DNA from: a virus
Taxonomy: Duplodnaviria; Caudoviricetes
DNA length: 64,000 nt
Reading direction: 5' to 3' (one strand)
IMG/VR virus record: IMGVR_UViG_3300005282_000001
Coordinates: 1 to 64,000 of that record
Part shown: piece by piece, positions 42,491-53,936 of the stretch
Layout of the letters: every line of letters begins with the position of its first letter
Position numbering within the stretch: position 1 is the first letter of the stretch
Notes under the pieces: model-generated
What the model saw: the letters and a program-made list of their open reading frames with translations, nothing else
Told to the model about the DNA's origin: nothing
The model's database searches: none
Made by a program: the position numbers and the translations under genes

Positions 42491-42865
42491 CTATTTTGTG
42501 GTCGCCGGTGATACAAAAGCATACCCTTGTAACACGCGATACCTTACTCCACTTGTGTCTATCATAAGCAAATCATATGGGTACTGTGATTTATCTCCCC
42601 AAGAACTACCTGTGATTATTAGTGATGCTGTTAAGCTGTACCCTATGGATAACTTAAATATCCCATTGATAGCATCTGTAATCGTAACGGTAACTGGAAT
42701 AGTTACTGTTGAACTTGTGGGCTTCTCACGAATCTGACAGGTCGCTGTGTATCCTGTTAAATCTCTAGTTGCACCAGTATCCGTGTATTTCCATTGGAAA
42801 CTTTTAGAATAGTCAGCTCCCTGTTGAATCTGTAGATCGTACCCTTGTAGCCTTTTGATTTTCAT
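42491..42865 (-). CDS. Tail-associated Ig-like protein (baseplate upper protein N-terminal-like)
   Basis: DLTGYTATCQIR...G.F.L....T......YDL.......YRVLQG pattern. Confidence 0.65.
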   Translation of the reverse strand: MKIKRLQGYDLQIQQGADYSKSFQWKYTDTGATRDLTGYTATCQIREKPTSSTVTIPVTVTITDAINGIFKLSIGYSLTASLIITGSSWGDKSQYPYDLLMIDTSGVRYRVLQGYAFVSPATTK

Positions 42866-42877
42866 AAGATTCCTCCT

Positions 42878-45136
42878 TTACGCTAGAACTGTCACAGAGA
42901 ATTCATTGGCAACCGTAGGGGCTTCTGTGAATGTTATAGATATACTATTGGTATCAATAATAGATACCGTGGGGTACACTACGTCATATGGTGTGGTAGC
43001 TCTGCGGACACTATTGATTATGTTAGTTGTCCCTAGGTTATGCGTTACAGTATATGTCAAGTCTGTAGTATTACCGATGGTTGTTGTGTACTTTCTAGTG
43101 GTCGCCGCGATTCCATTAACATACACGGATTCTACACTAGATGCATCTGAATAAACTCCTGCGGTATTTTCTGCAATTACCTTGTATTCATAAGTTTTAT
43201 TACTAAGAACCCCTCTGTGAACAAAAGTATTCGTTACAGAATACCCTGCGATTTGCCATGTAACTCCACTGTCAATACTGTAGTATACGATGTACTGTTT
43301 GAGGAAATAACTATTGAGATTATCCCAAGAAGTTGTTATACTATACACATATGATCCATCGGTTTGCTGATAGTAGCTATCGTCTCCTGTGACGTTCTGC
43401 ACTTGTCCCATAGAACTCGTGAGGGCACTCCCAGTTGCTATATAGTTACCTATGGATATCTGTGCTCCAAAAGCATCATCATAGATACTCGAGTTATACT
43501 GCTGAGCCTGTAGTTTCCACTTGCCATTCTCTTCAGATGTACTTAAGATTCTAAAAGGCATTCCAGATAGAGCTCTGTAGTTAATCGTAACAATGTCACC
43601 AGGTTGCAAGTGCATAGCAAATGTCCCTGTAGTAAATCCTAAGATAGCTCCATTGAGTCTATTGATTGCCTTGTAAATTCTGCCGAGCCTTAGAGCTTGC
43701 CCTTGGTTCGTACAGCCTTGTAAGGGTACTTCTTTGGGTATTATAGCTCCTCTAGACTCTTGGTCAGCATTATCATTCACTTGTACAGATATCTGTGCCC
43801 AGTTCTGAGCAGGATCATAGTATTTTATAGAGTACTGGTTAGGACAATTTGTGAGCCCATCATAGTCAAACTTAACTTCTGACATGTTATTCTCATTGAA
43901 TACATATGAAGATGTCTCTTGTTTTTCCATGCGACAGTATATCTTATCACCTGAGATACTTAAGAACCCACCGAATATCGCAAGGATATCTTGGATATTC
44001 TCTATGTGTTTTCTCTTTTGAGCCAATATGAGGTTCAATGTATACCTTGGTTCTGACACAGTAATTCCATAGGCATCCGTGTATGTTATGGTAGCATCAC
44101 AGTAATCCGCACATTCCTCAAATGAATCCGTATCGAGATTACTTGAGTCCAACCAGCGACCCATGCCATACCTTTTGTTCAGCAGATAGTCTCTTAAGCA
44201 CATCGCAGGATTCTCTGAGTAAGCCGTTGTGGAAGTTCTAGTGTCATACACAAGTTTCCCTTTGATTATACATGCGATGTTAGGATTACTATAGGACAAT
44301 GTTGATGTAGCCACTAGGTTCGCACGAATCCATGAGGTATTCTTATAGGACCCTGTGGTTGTGTAGTTACTCGGAGGAGTCTGTGAAGAATTCCCTGTGT
44401 ACACCGTATAGGTCGATGAGGTTTCCTGTGTCCCCTTGATAGCTGTAGGGTTCTTATAGCAATTCGTTGTGGTAATACTAGAGATATTCTCAGGAGCTAT
44501 TGAACTCCCGCAGTAGTTTAAGACTCTCCAACCATTCCCAAGTTTCTCTATGTGTTGCACAAATAGTCCTATGTTACAACAGAAGTCATTCGAGGAGTCA
44601 CTTGCGATATCTACAGCACCCTGCATGTTAATCGTGGTGGTAGCTCCATTAGCAACCAATGTCATTCTCTTGTCATTGCCTGTTGGACTATTGGTCTGAT
44701 GAATTTCTACAGTAGCATCAGAGTACGCTATGTTTTCTATCTCGAATACCGTTTGATTTCCTCCGATGAGCAAGCAGTTCGCAGTGACCCCTTGGACACC
44801 TTTGATTTCTCCTTCGGCTATCACAACATCTTTCTTCATGGTACTTGCGGATGAACCAGAGGCTTGCCATGTAATCAATGGTCCATTGTACTGTCTTGTT
44901 CCGTATACTATTGGAATCATCTGGTCATTTGCTATGGAGTTCGTTGAGGTACTAAAGGAATACGATTGACTAGCTCCAGTATGCGTAGCAGTCCATATGG
45001 AACTCATAAGAGATGCTCCGTATAACCCTGCGCCAAAAGAGTTCCCGACCATCCCAAACACCTTTTGCCCCCATCCGCCAGCTCCTATGAAAAAGCCACC
45101 GATGGTGAATAGCGTCTTTCCTGTAGATTTTCCCAT
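42878..45136 (-). CDS. Central tail / host-specificity protein (lambda gpJ-like) with FN3 domain
   Basis: IPIVYG, IAEGEI.G, NPA..LRDYL...RYGMG, LQPGDIV; FN3-like C-terminus. Confidence 0.8.
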   Translation of the reverse strand: MGKSTGKTLFTIGGFFIGAGGWGQKVFGMVGNSFGAGLYGASLMSSIWTATHTGASQSYSFSTSTNSIANDQMIPIVYGTRQYNGPLITWQASGSSASTMKKDVVIAEGEIKGVQGVTANCLLIGGNQTVFEIENIAYSDATVEIHQTNSPTGNDKRMTLVANGATTTINMQGAVDIASDSSNDFCCNIGLFVQHIEKLGNGWRVLNYCGSSIAPENISSITTTNCYKNPTAIKGTQETSSTYTVYTGNSSQTPPSNYTTTGSYKNTSWIRANLVATSTLSYSNPNIACIIKGKLVYDTRTSTTAYSENPAMCLRDYLLNKRYGMGRWLDSSNLDTDSFEECADYCDATITYTDAYGITVSEPRYTLNLILAQKRKHIENIQDILAIFGGFLSISGDKIYCRMEKQETSSYVFNENNMSEVKFDYDGLTNCPNQYSIKYYDPAQNWAQISVQVNDNADQESRGAIIPKEVPLQGCTNQGQALRLGRIYKAINRLNGAILGFTTGTFAMHLQPGDIVTINYRALSGMPFRILSTSEENGKWKLQAQQYNSSIYDDAFGAQISIGNYIATGSALTSSMGQVQNVTGDDSYYQQTDGSYVYSITTSWDNLNSYFLKQYIVYYSIDSGVTWQIAGYSVTNTFVHRGVLSNKTYEYKVIAENTAGVYSDASSVESVYVNGIAATTRKYTTTIGNTTDLTYTVTHNLGTTNIINSVRRATTPYDVVYPTVSIIDTNSISITFTEAPTVANEFSVTVLA

Positions 45137-45155
45137 ATATTACCATCCTCCTTTC

Positions 45156-45986
45156 TTAAGTTTTAATCATGTAATCCAAAGCAACCGCTGGGAATCCCCC
45201 AAAGTTACTTGTGTTATTGTGTCGAGTACAATCGGTGTACGTGTGGTCACATCCAGTGCTCATGGTATAAGAGGTTCCTACAGTTGGCGTGGAGTAAAAT
45301 GGGAACTCTACAGTAACACTTCCAACAGCTGAACTAAGGATTTTCTTAGTCTCATAGGAAATTGTTATAGTCCCATTCTTCCAGTACCCAGCAGTTTCCG
45401 TTATGGAATTATCATAGATAACATATTGGGTACTAGAGGATTTCACAGTACTCGTTTTGATTCCCTTGGTAGCCCCACATTCATCAGAATCACCAAACCA
45501 TGCATTACAGTTCACTCCAACTATCCTACCAGCTTCTGTGTTAACCATACGTTGCGTAAGAGTTGTTGAGAATGTTGCCTTGTCCATATCAAGCGATGGA
45601 GCATCAATGTAGCCACTGAAGACATACTTATAGGCATCTTTGTTACTTAAGGAATCCGGATAGGCAATCTGATAGATATCCACTTGTGAGCCACGGAAAT
45701 CAAATGACTGCAATAGAGCGTTCATGAAGGCGTTGGATGCATCGGATATCGTAAGTGTTAAGTTGTCTATCTTGTTATCTAGAGTCTGCTTAAGTGATCC
45801 CCTTTGGATTGGTATGGGCTCATATGTCATTGGAGTGGAAGTCCCAGGTACATACCATTCCACTGGAACATCCAAATTAGTGTAATGAAGTACTCCAGTT
45901 GCCAATGTAATTACATACACATCAACAAAGAATACCTCATATTTGTCCTTCATGTTCGCTAGAGTTACTGGAAGAACCACACTCAT
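45156..45986 (-). CDS. Tail tip protein (gpL-like)
   Basis: C.A.FGD..CG, GCD.T...C..H.N..NFGGFP Cys cluster. Confidence 0.75.
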   Translation of the reverse strand: MSVVLPVTLANMKDKYEVFFVDVYVITLATGVLHYTNLDVPVEWYVPGTSTPMTYEPIPIQRGSLKQTLDNKIDNLTLTISDASNAFMNALLQSFDFRGSQVDIYQIAYPDSLSNKDAYKYVFSGYIDAPSLDMDKATFSTTLTQRMVNTEAGRIVGVNCNAWFGDSDECGATKGIKTSTVKSSSTQYVIYDNSITETAGYWKNGTITISYETKKILSSAVGSVTVEFPFYSTPTVGTSYTMSTGCDHTYTDCTRHNNTSNFGGFPAVALDYMIKT

Positions 45987-46363
45987 GTATCATAGCATAT
46001 CTTTAGTTTTACCTTGAGTGTGAACCCAACGATACCAAAGACATCTCCTGTTTCGTTAAGGGAATAATAGGTAACTGGTGAGCAACCGTCTTCAGAGAAT
46101 CTACAGGTATACTGAGTTGTGTTTGGGTATGGAGGAGTGTAATAGAACTGTATTCCACCAGGAGCATGAGATTCCCAGAAACTCATTACAGCCGTGTAGA
46201 TATCTGCTGTTCCTCCTACAGTAAACTCATAAACCTTCTCAGTGTTCACAGATTTCCTTTGGACTTGCTCATAGGCTGAATCAAATTTAATCCTTACGTT
46301 CTGTGCAGTAAACGTAGGATTGAACCCTTGGCTTGCTATTGGTTTCCAAGTAAACGTATCCAT
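45983..46363 (-). CDS. Distal tail protein (gpM-like)
   Basis: Size, position and ...FD..YEQ...F...H..G...F.YTPP pattern. Confidence 0.65.
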   Translation of the reverse strand: MDTFTWKPIASQGFNPTFTAQNVRIKFDSAYEQVQRKSVNTEKVYEFTVGGTADIYTAVMSFWESHAPGGIQFYYTPPYPNTTQYTCRFSEDGCSPVTYYSLNETGDVFGIVGFTLKVKLKICYDT

Positions 46364-46369
46364 ATGCTA

Positions 46370-46795
46370 TCACCTCCTTCTGAATCCTATTTTGAACCCA
46401 TGTCCCCAGAAGTCTCTATGGGACACAAAAGAACTTGAGGGATACTCCGATGTATCCCATTGTTCTCCATTTGGAAATGTCATGAGAACCTTACCATACT
46501 CTAGGTATATCCCGCAGTGCCCTTCGCCATTCAAGTGAAAGTACACTACGTCACCATAGGTGAGATTATGAACATCCTTAACTTTTCTCATGTTCCTCAT
46601 AAACCATTTGACCATCCTTAGGGGTTCCTTCTTGTACCAGTCATGTTCAAATGATCCATCGTATATCTCGGGTTTCCATTTGTTATCACTGTAGAATAAC
46701 CTTACGAGTCCAATGCAATCTGCACCGTTCTTTGTGTGACCAGCGAACTCATAAGGTATCCCAATGTAATCACTTAGAGCTAAAGTCGTATCCAT
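46370..46795 (-). CDS. NlpC/P60-family tail protein
   Basis: YIGIPY..AG....GADCIGL, GDVV.F.....HCGIY. Confidence 0.85.
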   Translation of the reverse strand: MDTTLALSDYIGIPYEFAGHTKNGADCIGLVRLFYSDNKWKPEIYDGSFEHDWYKKEPLRMVKWFMRNMRKVKDVHNLTYGDVVYFHLNGEGHCGIYLEYGKVLMTFPNGEQWDTSEYPSSSFVSHRDFWGHGFKIGFRRR

Positions 46796-49700
46796 GTGCT
46801 GTCATCCTTTGTATCTGAGAATATAGAGAGTCATCAGTCTGCTGGTTATTCAATATAACTGCTTGTGGACTCTGCTGTTGTCCCTGTGTATTACCCATGT
46901 TCCCTAGCATCGTGAAGAGTATCTTGTTCTGTGCCCCTAGGAGCCCGTTAGTTTCCTTCATGGATAAGGTAGACTGCTGAGCTACCGATGTAGCCTGTTG
47001 AGCAATATTCTTGTTACTAAAGTTCGCCGTTAGCTCTCCCGATGTTACCCCAAGTTTACCAGCGGCGTAGTTCAATAGGTTCCTTGAGTTACCTAAGTTT
47101 TTCTCGACAGGAATGATAACTTCCTTGCCATCCTCACCAGCGATACTTGGGGAATCTACAACACCACCATTGGCATGGAAGAGTCCCGATAAGGAACCTA
47201 GGATTCCACTCCAGTTTGTCCCACTAGATTTCTGCTGGGTTACAGGGGTTGTGCTCTTGTTATTATTCGCAAGGACATCAAGTAAATTCTTAGAGGTAAA
47301 ATCGAAACCTGAGGAGCTCTTGGATTTATCTAAGTTTCCTAGCTTGCCTACAGCTGTCCCTAAGAGGTCTATACCAGTACTCACTAGAGTTGTATTGGAA
47401 CTCTTTTTGCTACCCTGTAAGCCTCCTATAGCTTGTGCTAGGATACCTGGTGAATCATTCTTGACACCCATGAGAGCCTTGAGAGCATCATTAGCTAATT
47501 GTTTCCACAAGTTACCCCAGATATCTTGGATTTTCTTACCCTGCAAAAGTAACTCATTAGTTACATCATATACCCCTTGTTTCATCTTGGTACTGTAGGT
47601 GTCTGCAAGTTCCTTAGCGTTCTTAGTAGCTTCTTGGAGTTCCAAGTTATACTTTTTGAACTCTTCAGTTTGACTAGCGAATGACGATGCTTTTGTCATG
47701 TCATCCAATAGTTGCTTGAGAGCCTTAACTTTCTCTTGTGCGGCTTCAAGGTTTGTCGTAGATATCAATTGAGCGTTGTAAGGGCTTGTAGTGTTCCCTT
47801 GGACACCATATTGTGACATCTTTTGGTTATACTCAACTTCACTCATGCGTTGCTTGTAGCGAGCCTCAGGAGTTGCAAATGTATTCATCTGCTGTACCTG
47901 CTGTTGTAACTCAAGGTTCTTCACGCGCTCCTCTGACATCGTAGGGTCCGTGAAGACATCCACACCTTTACTCTTGGCATACGCTAGGGCTGCATTAGAT
48001 GCCGCAAGCTTCTGCTGAGTTAACTGCTGAGCGTTTACAGCTTTGTCAGAGTCTGTTGCGTAATACCCAAGGGATGCAAGAGATGTTCTGCTGGATAACT
48101 CAGCACGTTTCACTTGGTAACTTTCGATATCTTGGATACCTTTAATGAGCGTCTCATATTCCTTCTTGCGTTCCTCAGTAATTTGCTTTTGATACTCAGC
48201 AATTTTCTTCTGTTCCCCAGCGACTTGCTCGAGATACCCAATGAGCAACTGAGAATCCTTAATTTGTTCCTTATTGGCACTTATGAATTGCTTCTTGGAT
48301 TCTGCTGACATCTTAGCCCATGCATCAGTAGATACACCAGCAGAATCAAGCACTTCTTGCGGGATACTTACGGATATCTGCTGTGTTGACATATCAGGTT
48401 GGCTATTGTATTCCTCCATAACCTTTCTGACATAGTCTTGAGTTTCAGCGTAAGGAGGAATCCCGCCGTACTTCTTTACAGCTCCACCACCTGCGTTATA
48501 CCCAGCAACTGCTTTCTCAATGTCTCCGTTAAAGTCCTGTAGCAACTGAGCGATATAACTTACGCCACCCTCGATATTACCAGATAGATCATATGGATTA
48601 ACCCCAAGTCCTTTAGCTGTATCTGGCATCAGTTGCATAACACCAATAGCACCTGCGCTGCTTACAGCTTCTTGGTTCTTACCAGACTCAACCTGCGCAA
48701 TCGCTTGGGCTAACTTAGGGTCTACACCGTATTTTGCTGCCATATCATTTATAATCTGCTCAGTTTCTGTACTAGCAGATGGACCTGACATACTGATGGT
48801 TGCTCCAGTGCTACTTGCGAACTCATTAACTTTCTGTAGGTCACTCGTAAGTTGGTCGTTAAGAGCTGCTGTGGTAGTCTGTAGTTCAGTCACGCGTTTA
48901 TTCATAGTGTCTGTGGTATCATTAAGGAACGCATATGATTTACCATAGCGATCCGTAGCCGCTGTAATGGAATCCAAACGAGCCTTGTAGTTATTCTGAG
49001 CGATTGCCGCTTGGTCTTCTATGGATTTCACATTGTAATTGTCAAGTTTCTTTTGTATTTCATCTGATTTATCCTGAGGAGCATTCTTGGGACCTTGGTT
49101 CTTCGGAGGCTTATTTTCAGCTATCTTGAGTCCACTAGGAACCTCTGAGAGCTTAAGTGATTGTCCTTTCAAATCTATGAGTTGCTTATCGAGTTCTGAT
49201 TTCTTGTCTTGTAAATCTGCGGTTTCACCAGCGATATCCTTTTGGTAAGCCTCCTGTTGTGACTTAAGGCTCGCTTGTTCTTGCTCAAGTTGTCCCTGTA
49301 GTATTTCTCTACGGCGGCTAAGGATATCTGTGCTACCACCTTCGGACATCTGTTGGTCAATCTCATTGATTTGCTTCTGAAGGTCACTCACACCAGACTC
49401 AGCGTTTCCTATTTTCCACTCAGAATATTCCATTTGAATAGCTTTCCACCATCCAAGGTATTTCGCTTTGAGTTCAATAGAATTCTTGAAGTTATCCGCA
49501 TCTTTCCAATAGTTCTCAATAGAAGTTGCAATAACATCTCTTTCAGATTCCAGTTCAGTTATCCTAGCGTCTACCATTTGTTGCAACGCTTTTTTCTTAG
49601 CAGCAACTCCATCTTCAAATGCTTGTTTTTCTGTGTTATACGCATCAATTGACCAATTGGCATCCTTAATACGTTCTACAGCATCTTCCCCAAGAATTCT

Positions 49701-52475
49701 TGTGAGTTGCTTTTCAGTTTCCTGTTGATTCTCTACAGCTTTATTGTATTTTTCAGTTCCCTCAGCAGATCCACTAATTTGCTCTTGTAATTTCTGATGA
49801 GCACCCATGAGAGCATCTGTAAATTCCGATTGCTTCTCAAGTTGCTGCTGTTGTTGCTGAGCTACCGCTATAGCATCTGTAGCTTGTCTATTGGCTTCCC
49901 TTTGAGCATTCGCATGAGAACCAATAGCTTCCGTAGCAATAATCGTAACAGCCGCTAGAGCAGTTAATGTAGCTCCTAGTGGAGTTGCACGGGATGCCAA
50001 AGAAGCAATATTGGTAGCTGTGATGGCGTTCTTGAGTACTATGAATCCCTTTGCAGCAATAGCAAGCCCACCAGCGGCTTCTACAGACCACGCTGGTATT
50101 TCCTTGAGTCCTGTTACGAAATTGTCGACACCACTTATGGTATCCTTTAGGACACCTGTGATACCTGCATTACCTCCAGCAACACTCAAGGACAACATAT
50201 CAGTCTTAAGAGTTTGCAAGCGGCGACTGATGGTATCCAGTTGCATCCCCACCTGTTTATCTGTGAAACCTATGGAGTTCACTGCTTCTCCCCACGTTCT
50301 GATGAATTCCTTATAGTCACCCAAGGTTGCCCCAGCTTTAGACCACTGGAGCTTACCTCCTGCGAGTTGCTTATAGGTTTCCTCAAGTGATTGATTAGTC
50401 CCTTGCGTGGCTACTGCTAAATCCAACATTACATCTTGAGCCTTACGGAATTGTTTGGAGCCATCCTCGCCAATTTTGTAGACGGATACCCCAAGTTTGT
50501 CAAGTTCCGCAATGGCTTTATCGCTATGGAATGAACCATAGAGTGTTTTGAGCATATTCATATTGTTACTCCTCATGTTTCCATGAGTGGCACAGTCATT
50601 TCTGCTGTACTCTTGCGCTTCTCTTAAGTTATACGCAAGATCGGACTGTATATTTATCCCGTAGGGATAAGGGGTTTCAGTCTCTCGGAGGTACTATAGT
50701 TTCCCATAGTATTTCTCACGGTCTTGCCCACTGCTGGCTTTTAACCGTTATCGTCCCTAGTTTCATAACACATTGCTGTGCTAAGCGGCAAGTTTAAGTC
50801 TACCGATTTCTGCCCCCGAGCGGCCTGTAGCACGTACACCAGTAGCCACCTGAGCACTTAAGAACTCAAAGTCTGTACCAGTCTGATGCGCTGCGGACCC
50901 TGCTCGTTCAACACCTTGTGATAAATCTTGTGCTGATGCACCACCGTTATGCGCTAGTTTTGTCCACACGTCTATGATAGTTCCCGAGTATGCTAATGCT
51001 TCCGTTACGTTTTTCGCAGTCATTCCAAACTGGAACATTGCGGATTCTGCGGCTTTGTTCGCATCGACCATACTAAAGTTATCCGCAACAGCTAACTTAG
51101 CGGATTGTGCAGTTAGTGCATTGACAATATTGATATCCTTGTAAGTTCTCAAAATTGTTACTCTCATATTTCTATGGGAGGTACAGTCATTTCTGCTGTA
51201 CTCTACCGCTTAACTAGAGGGAACATACGGTAGTTCGGACTGTATATTCTTCCCATAAGGAAGGACCTATGTCAGTCTCTCGGGGTTCTATAGGATACTA
51301 TAGATTTCCCACGGTCTTGGCGATCCCCATCGCTTTTAACCGTTATAAAGGTCTTTTTATGCCACAAGTTTCCATGTGGAGGGGCAGTTTTGTTTACCCC
51401 ATAACTTACCAGATTCAATAATGTTATCAATAGATTCTCCGTACTGCGCAGATATCGTTAAGAATTTCTGTGATTCCGCATTGAGCATGTTCTGCTGTTC
51501 CGCCTGTTCACTTATACCTTTACTTGCGGCATTTGCAGCGGTATTCGTATGGTCCATCACCTGGTTCACGCCAGCCATTGCAGTATCCATTCTCTTGAGG
51601 TCATCGAAGACTTTCACAGGTAAAGCAAAAGCTGCACCAAGTAATCCACCTGCTACTATCCATGAAGCATGTGAAGCCACGCGAGCTCTCATGTTATCCC
51701 ATGCACTTGTATAGGTCCCTATAGATTTACTAAAGGACTCTTGTTCAGCCTTAGCAACTGACATACCCTTAGTGTACTTATCGAGTGCTGTGGCGTACTC
51801 TGTAGAACCAATAGCACCTCTTTGGAATGCTCTATATTGTTCCTCAATATTACTCGACAGTGTACTCATTTGTTTCGCATAAGTTGCTTGAGAACCAACT
51901 GTACCAATAGAGCTTGCTATAGCTTGCTTGGCAGCTTGAGATTCTTGTTCCTTAGCTAACTTCTGTCTTACTGTAGATTCAAAGTCTAGTACCTTCTGTC
52001 TCGCAAGCATCTCTTGCTCAGCATTAGTATTTATCCGAGAAACTTGAGAAGTGTTCATCTGTGCTTCTCTAGAAGCTGCTTGCGTCATCGCACGCTCTCT
52101 ACCGGAAGCCATTTGTTCTATGAGTTTCTGCTGGTCCGCAAGTTCCTTCGCTTGTGTTGCTGATGTCTGACTAGACATTTTCTGACGTATCTTTAGTTCT
52201 TCGTTAAGTGCTTTCTCACGGGTTCCGTAGTCACCTTGAGATATTTCAGTATTCATCTTGCGGATTTGCAACTGAATATCATTGACTAGACGCTTGAGAT
52301 CATCAGCACTCTTTATGTCACCCTGGAACATTCCACGTTGGTCTGTAGAACGCCTAGCCTGTTCATATGCTGTCTTAGTTTCGCTCAGCAGTTGCTTAAG
52401 AGATTGTACTTGAACTTTCGCTTCGTCTATCCCTTGGACAACTATTCGGTTTACTATTTGAGATTCTTCAGCCAT
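46770..52475 (-). CDS. Tape measure protein with SLT lytic transglycosylase domain; three exons (52475-51396, 51149-50802, 50558-46770), 1738 aa spliced
   Basis: Splicing restores one frame and the motifs KLWG|RTYKD and SGAEIG|NMLKT; VESG...AGAIG.MQLMP.T...YNAG (SLT). Confidence 0.92.
50559..50801 (-). mobile_element. Group I intron 2 (243 nt, no ORF) in the tape measure gene
   Basis: Exon ends CGGU pairing with IGS GCCG; P4 ACGGU/ACCGU; P7 GACUG/CAGUC with CCGAGAGACUG and AUAUACAGUCC; ends in G. Confidence 0.93.
51150..51395 (-). mobile_element. Group I intron 1 (246 nt, no ORF) in the tape measure gene
   Basis: Exon ends GGGGU pairing with IGS GCCCC; P3 GACCU/AGGUC; P4 ACGGU/ACCGU; P7 GACUG/CAGUC; ends in G. 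Confidence 0.93.
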
Positions 52476-52476
52476 T

Positions 52477-53072
52477 TTACACCTTCCCTTGATTACTCAA
52501 CAGATATCTTAGAGCATCCTCGTCTTCCAAGTGTTCTCCATTGTTACTACCGCCGTCATCCTTATGGTTCGCGTTGATGGCATCTAAGAGTCCTTCTAGC
52601 TGTCCGATAGTATATCTTCCGATGGATTCTCTTGTTTCGCTAGTGTTTTCTGTGACAGCTGCGATAACATTGTTGAGGTTTCCATCAGACTCTGTTGAGC
52701 TATCTTTTTTTTTACATCTGAGATACCTCGGTATAAATCAAGTATTTCTATGATATTACTTATGTTAACCCACTGGTTAAACTCTTGTTCTTCCTCATGA
52801 GTTGCCATGGACACCAATTGCATCATCGCATTGTATGCTGTGGAGTCCAATATAGGTTCTTGAGTTTTTCTATCGATCTTCATTTGTCCCTTTTGCTTCC
52901 CTCTGTCGTGATATGTAGGGCTCGGTAGATTTAACCCAGCGTACATATCAGAGTTTAACTTAGTAAACAAGCGGGACGCTTTGGGGATATCATTGATAAT
53001 CATAGGGAATATTTGATGTTCATTCCCATCGGTATCAATGAAGTACGTAGGATTTTCTACGATATCTGCCAT
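52477..53072 (-). CDS. Tail assembly chaperone G-T fusion made by -1 frameshift
   Basis: A AAA AAG slippery site in a 9-A run at 52713-52704; the -1 frame stays open to TAA 52479-52477, right before the TMP ATG. Confidence 0.8.
52596..53072 (-). CDS. Tail assembly chaperone (gpG-like)
   Basis: Between the major tail and tape measure genes. Confidence 0.8.
   Translation of the reverse strand: MADIVENPTYFIDTDGNEHQIFPMIINDIPKASRLFTKLNSDMYAGLNLPSPTYHDRGKQKGQMKIDRKTQEPILDSTAYNAMMQLVSMATHEEEQEFNQWVNISNIIEILDLYRGISDVKKKIAQQSLMETSTMLSQLSQKTLAKQENPSEDILSDS
52704..52713 (-). other. Programmed -1 ribosomal frameshift site
   Basis: GTA AAA AAA AAG; canonical A AAA AAG heptamer at 52710-52704. Confidence 0.8.
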
Positions 53073-53132
53073 TGTATCACCTCATAATTTATGTTATAAC
53101 CTTTGTTATGTTAAAGTTGAATTTTCAAAGTT

Positions 53133-53154
53133 AAAAGGGGAACCGAAGTCCCCC
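53133..53154 (-). terminator. Terminator after the major tail gene
   Basis: GGGGAC-TTCG-GTTCCCC-TTTT. Confidence 0.85.
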
Positions 53155-53159
53155 AATAG

Positions 53160-53918
53160 TTAACCTACTTTGGACACTACAATTTTCATGAAATCGTCAG
53201 TACCATCACCAGGATCAAGGATATTTAAGACTAACTGCGGAACACTTGCGGTAGCTTTTGCTACATCAATTTTAAAGGAACCATCTGCACGTACACGAGG
53301 AGCATAGATATCCACTTGGTACGTATCGCCATCCAATTCAGCACCTTCGATTTTCCATGCGAAAGAACTAACTTCTGGCATTGCATTTTTGAGCATACCC
53401 ATTTCTACGGATTCCGATGGAGCTGTAGATTTGAACCAGAAGGTATATTCACCTGCTGTAATCCCAGTACCCCATAAGATAGCCCCTGTTGCACTCACGT
53501 CAATCTGACTAGCGGCAGCGGCTGTTCCAGTTTGCGTAACAGTTACTGTAGCCCCATTAGGATCAATAGCAATTACGTCTGTGATACCAGTGTATGTTCC
53601 CAAAGACGTAGCCGTAGAAGCCACAAGAGCTCTATTGAGTTTCAACACAGATGTCGTAGTGATACTTGTCATGTTTACTGCTGAAGCTTGGCTAAGGCTA
53701 AATGTAGCGGAATCAATAGTAACCTTACCCTCTTTCTTGCTGATAAATGTGTATATTGGGAATAACGAATCCCCACCTTCGACATCCACTAGGGTTGCTG
53801 TGATATCAAAAGCCGCCTTCTGTCCATAAGTAATTTCATTGAACATCCCAGATTTTGTCATGAGATACCCATTGCCAACCTTATGGAGGACTAAGTTTTT
53901 GCTTAAATCGAATGCCAT
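53160..53918 (-). CDS. Major tail tube protein
   Basis: Size, position before terminator and chaperone; no sheath gene present. Confidence 0.75.
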   Translation of the reverse strand: MAFDLSKNLVLHKVGNGYLMTKSGMFNEITYGQKAAFDITATLVDVEGGDSLFPIYTFISKKEGKVTIDSATFSLSQASAVNMTSITTTSVLKLNRALVASTATSLGTYTGITDVIAIDPNGATVTVTQTGTAAAASQIDVSATGAILWGTGITAGEYTFWFKSTAPSESVEMGMLKNAMPEVSSFAWKIEGAELDGDTYQVDIYAPRVRADGSFKIDVAKATASVPQLVLNILDPGDGTDDFMKIVVSKVG

Positions 53919-53936
53919 TTATACATTCCCCATTTC

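Noticed and set aside
46770-52475. Tape measure gene as a broken pseudogene or three separate genes
   Set aside because: Both gaps have complete group I intron cores, and their removal restores frame and conserved motifs.
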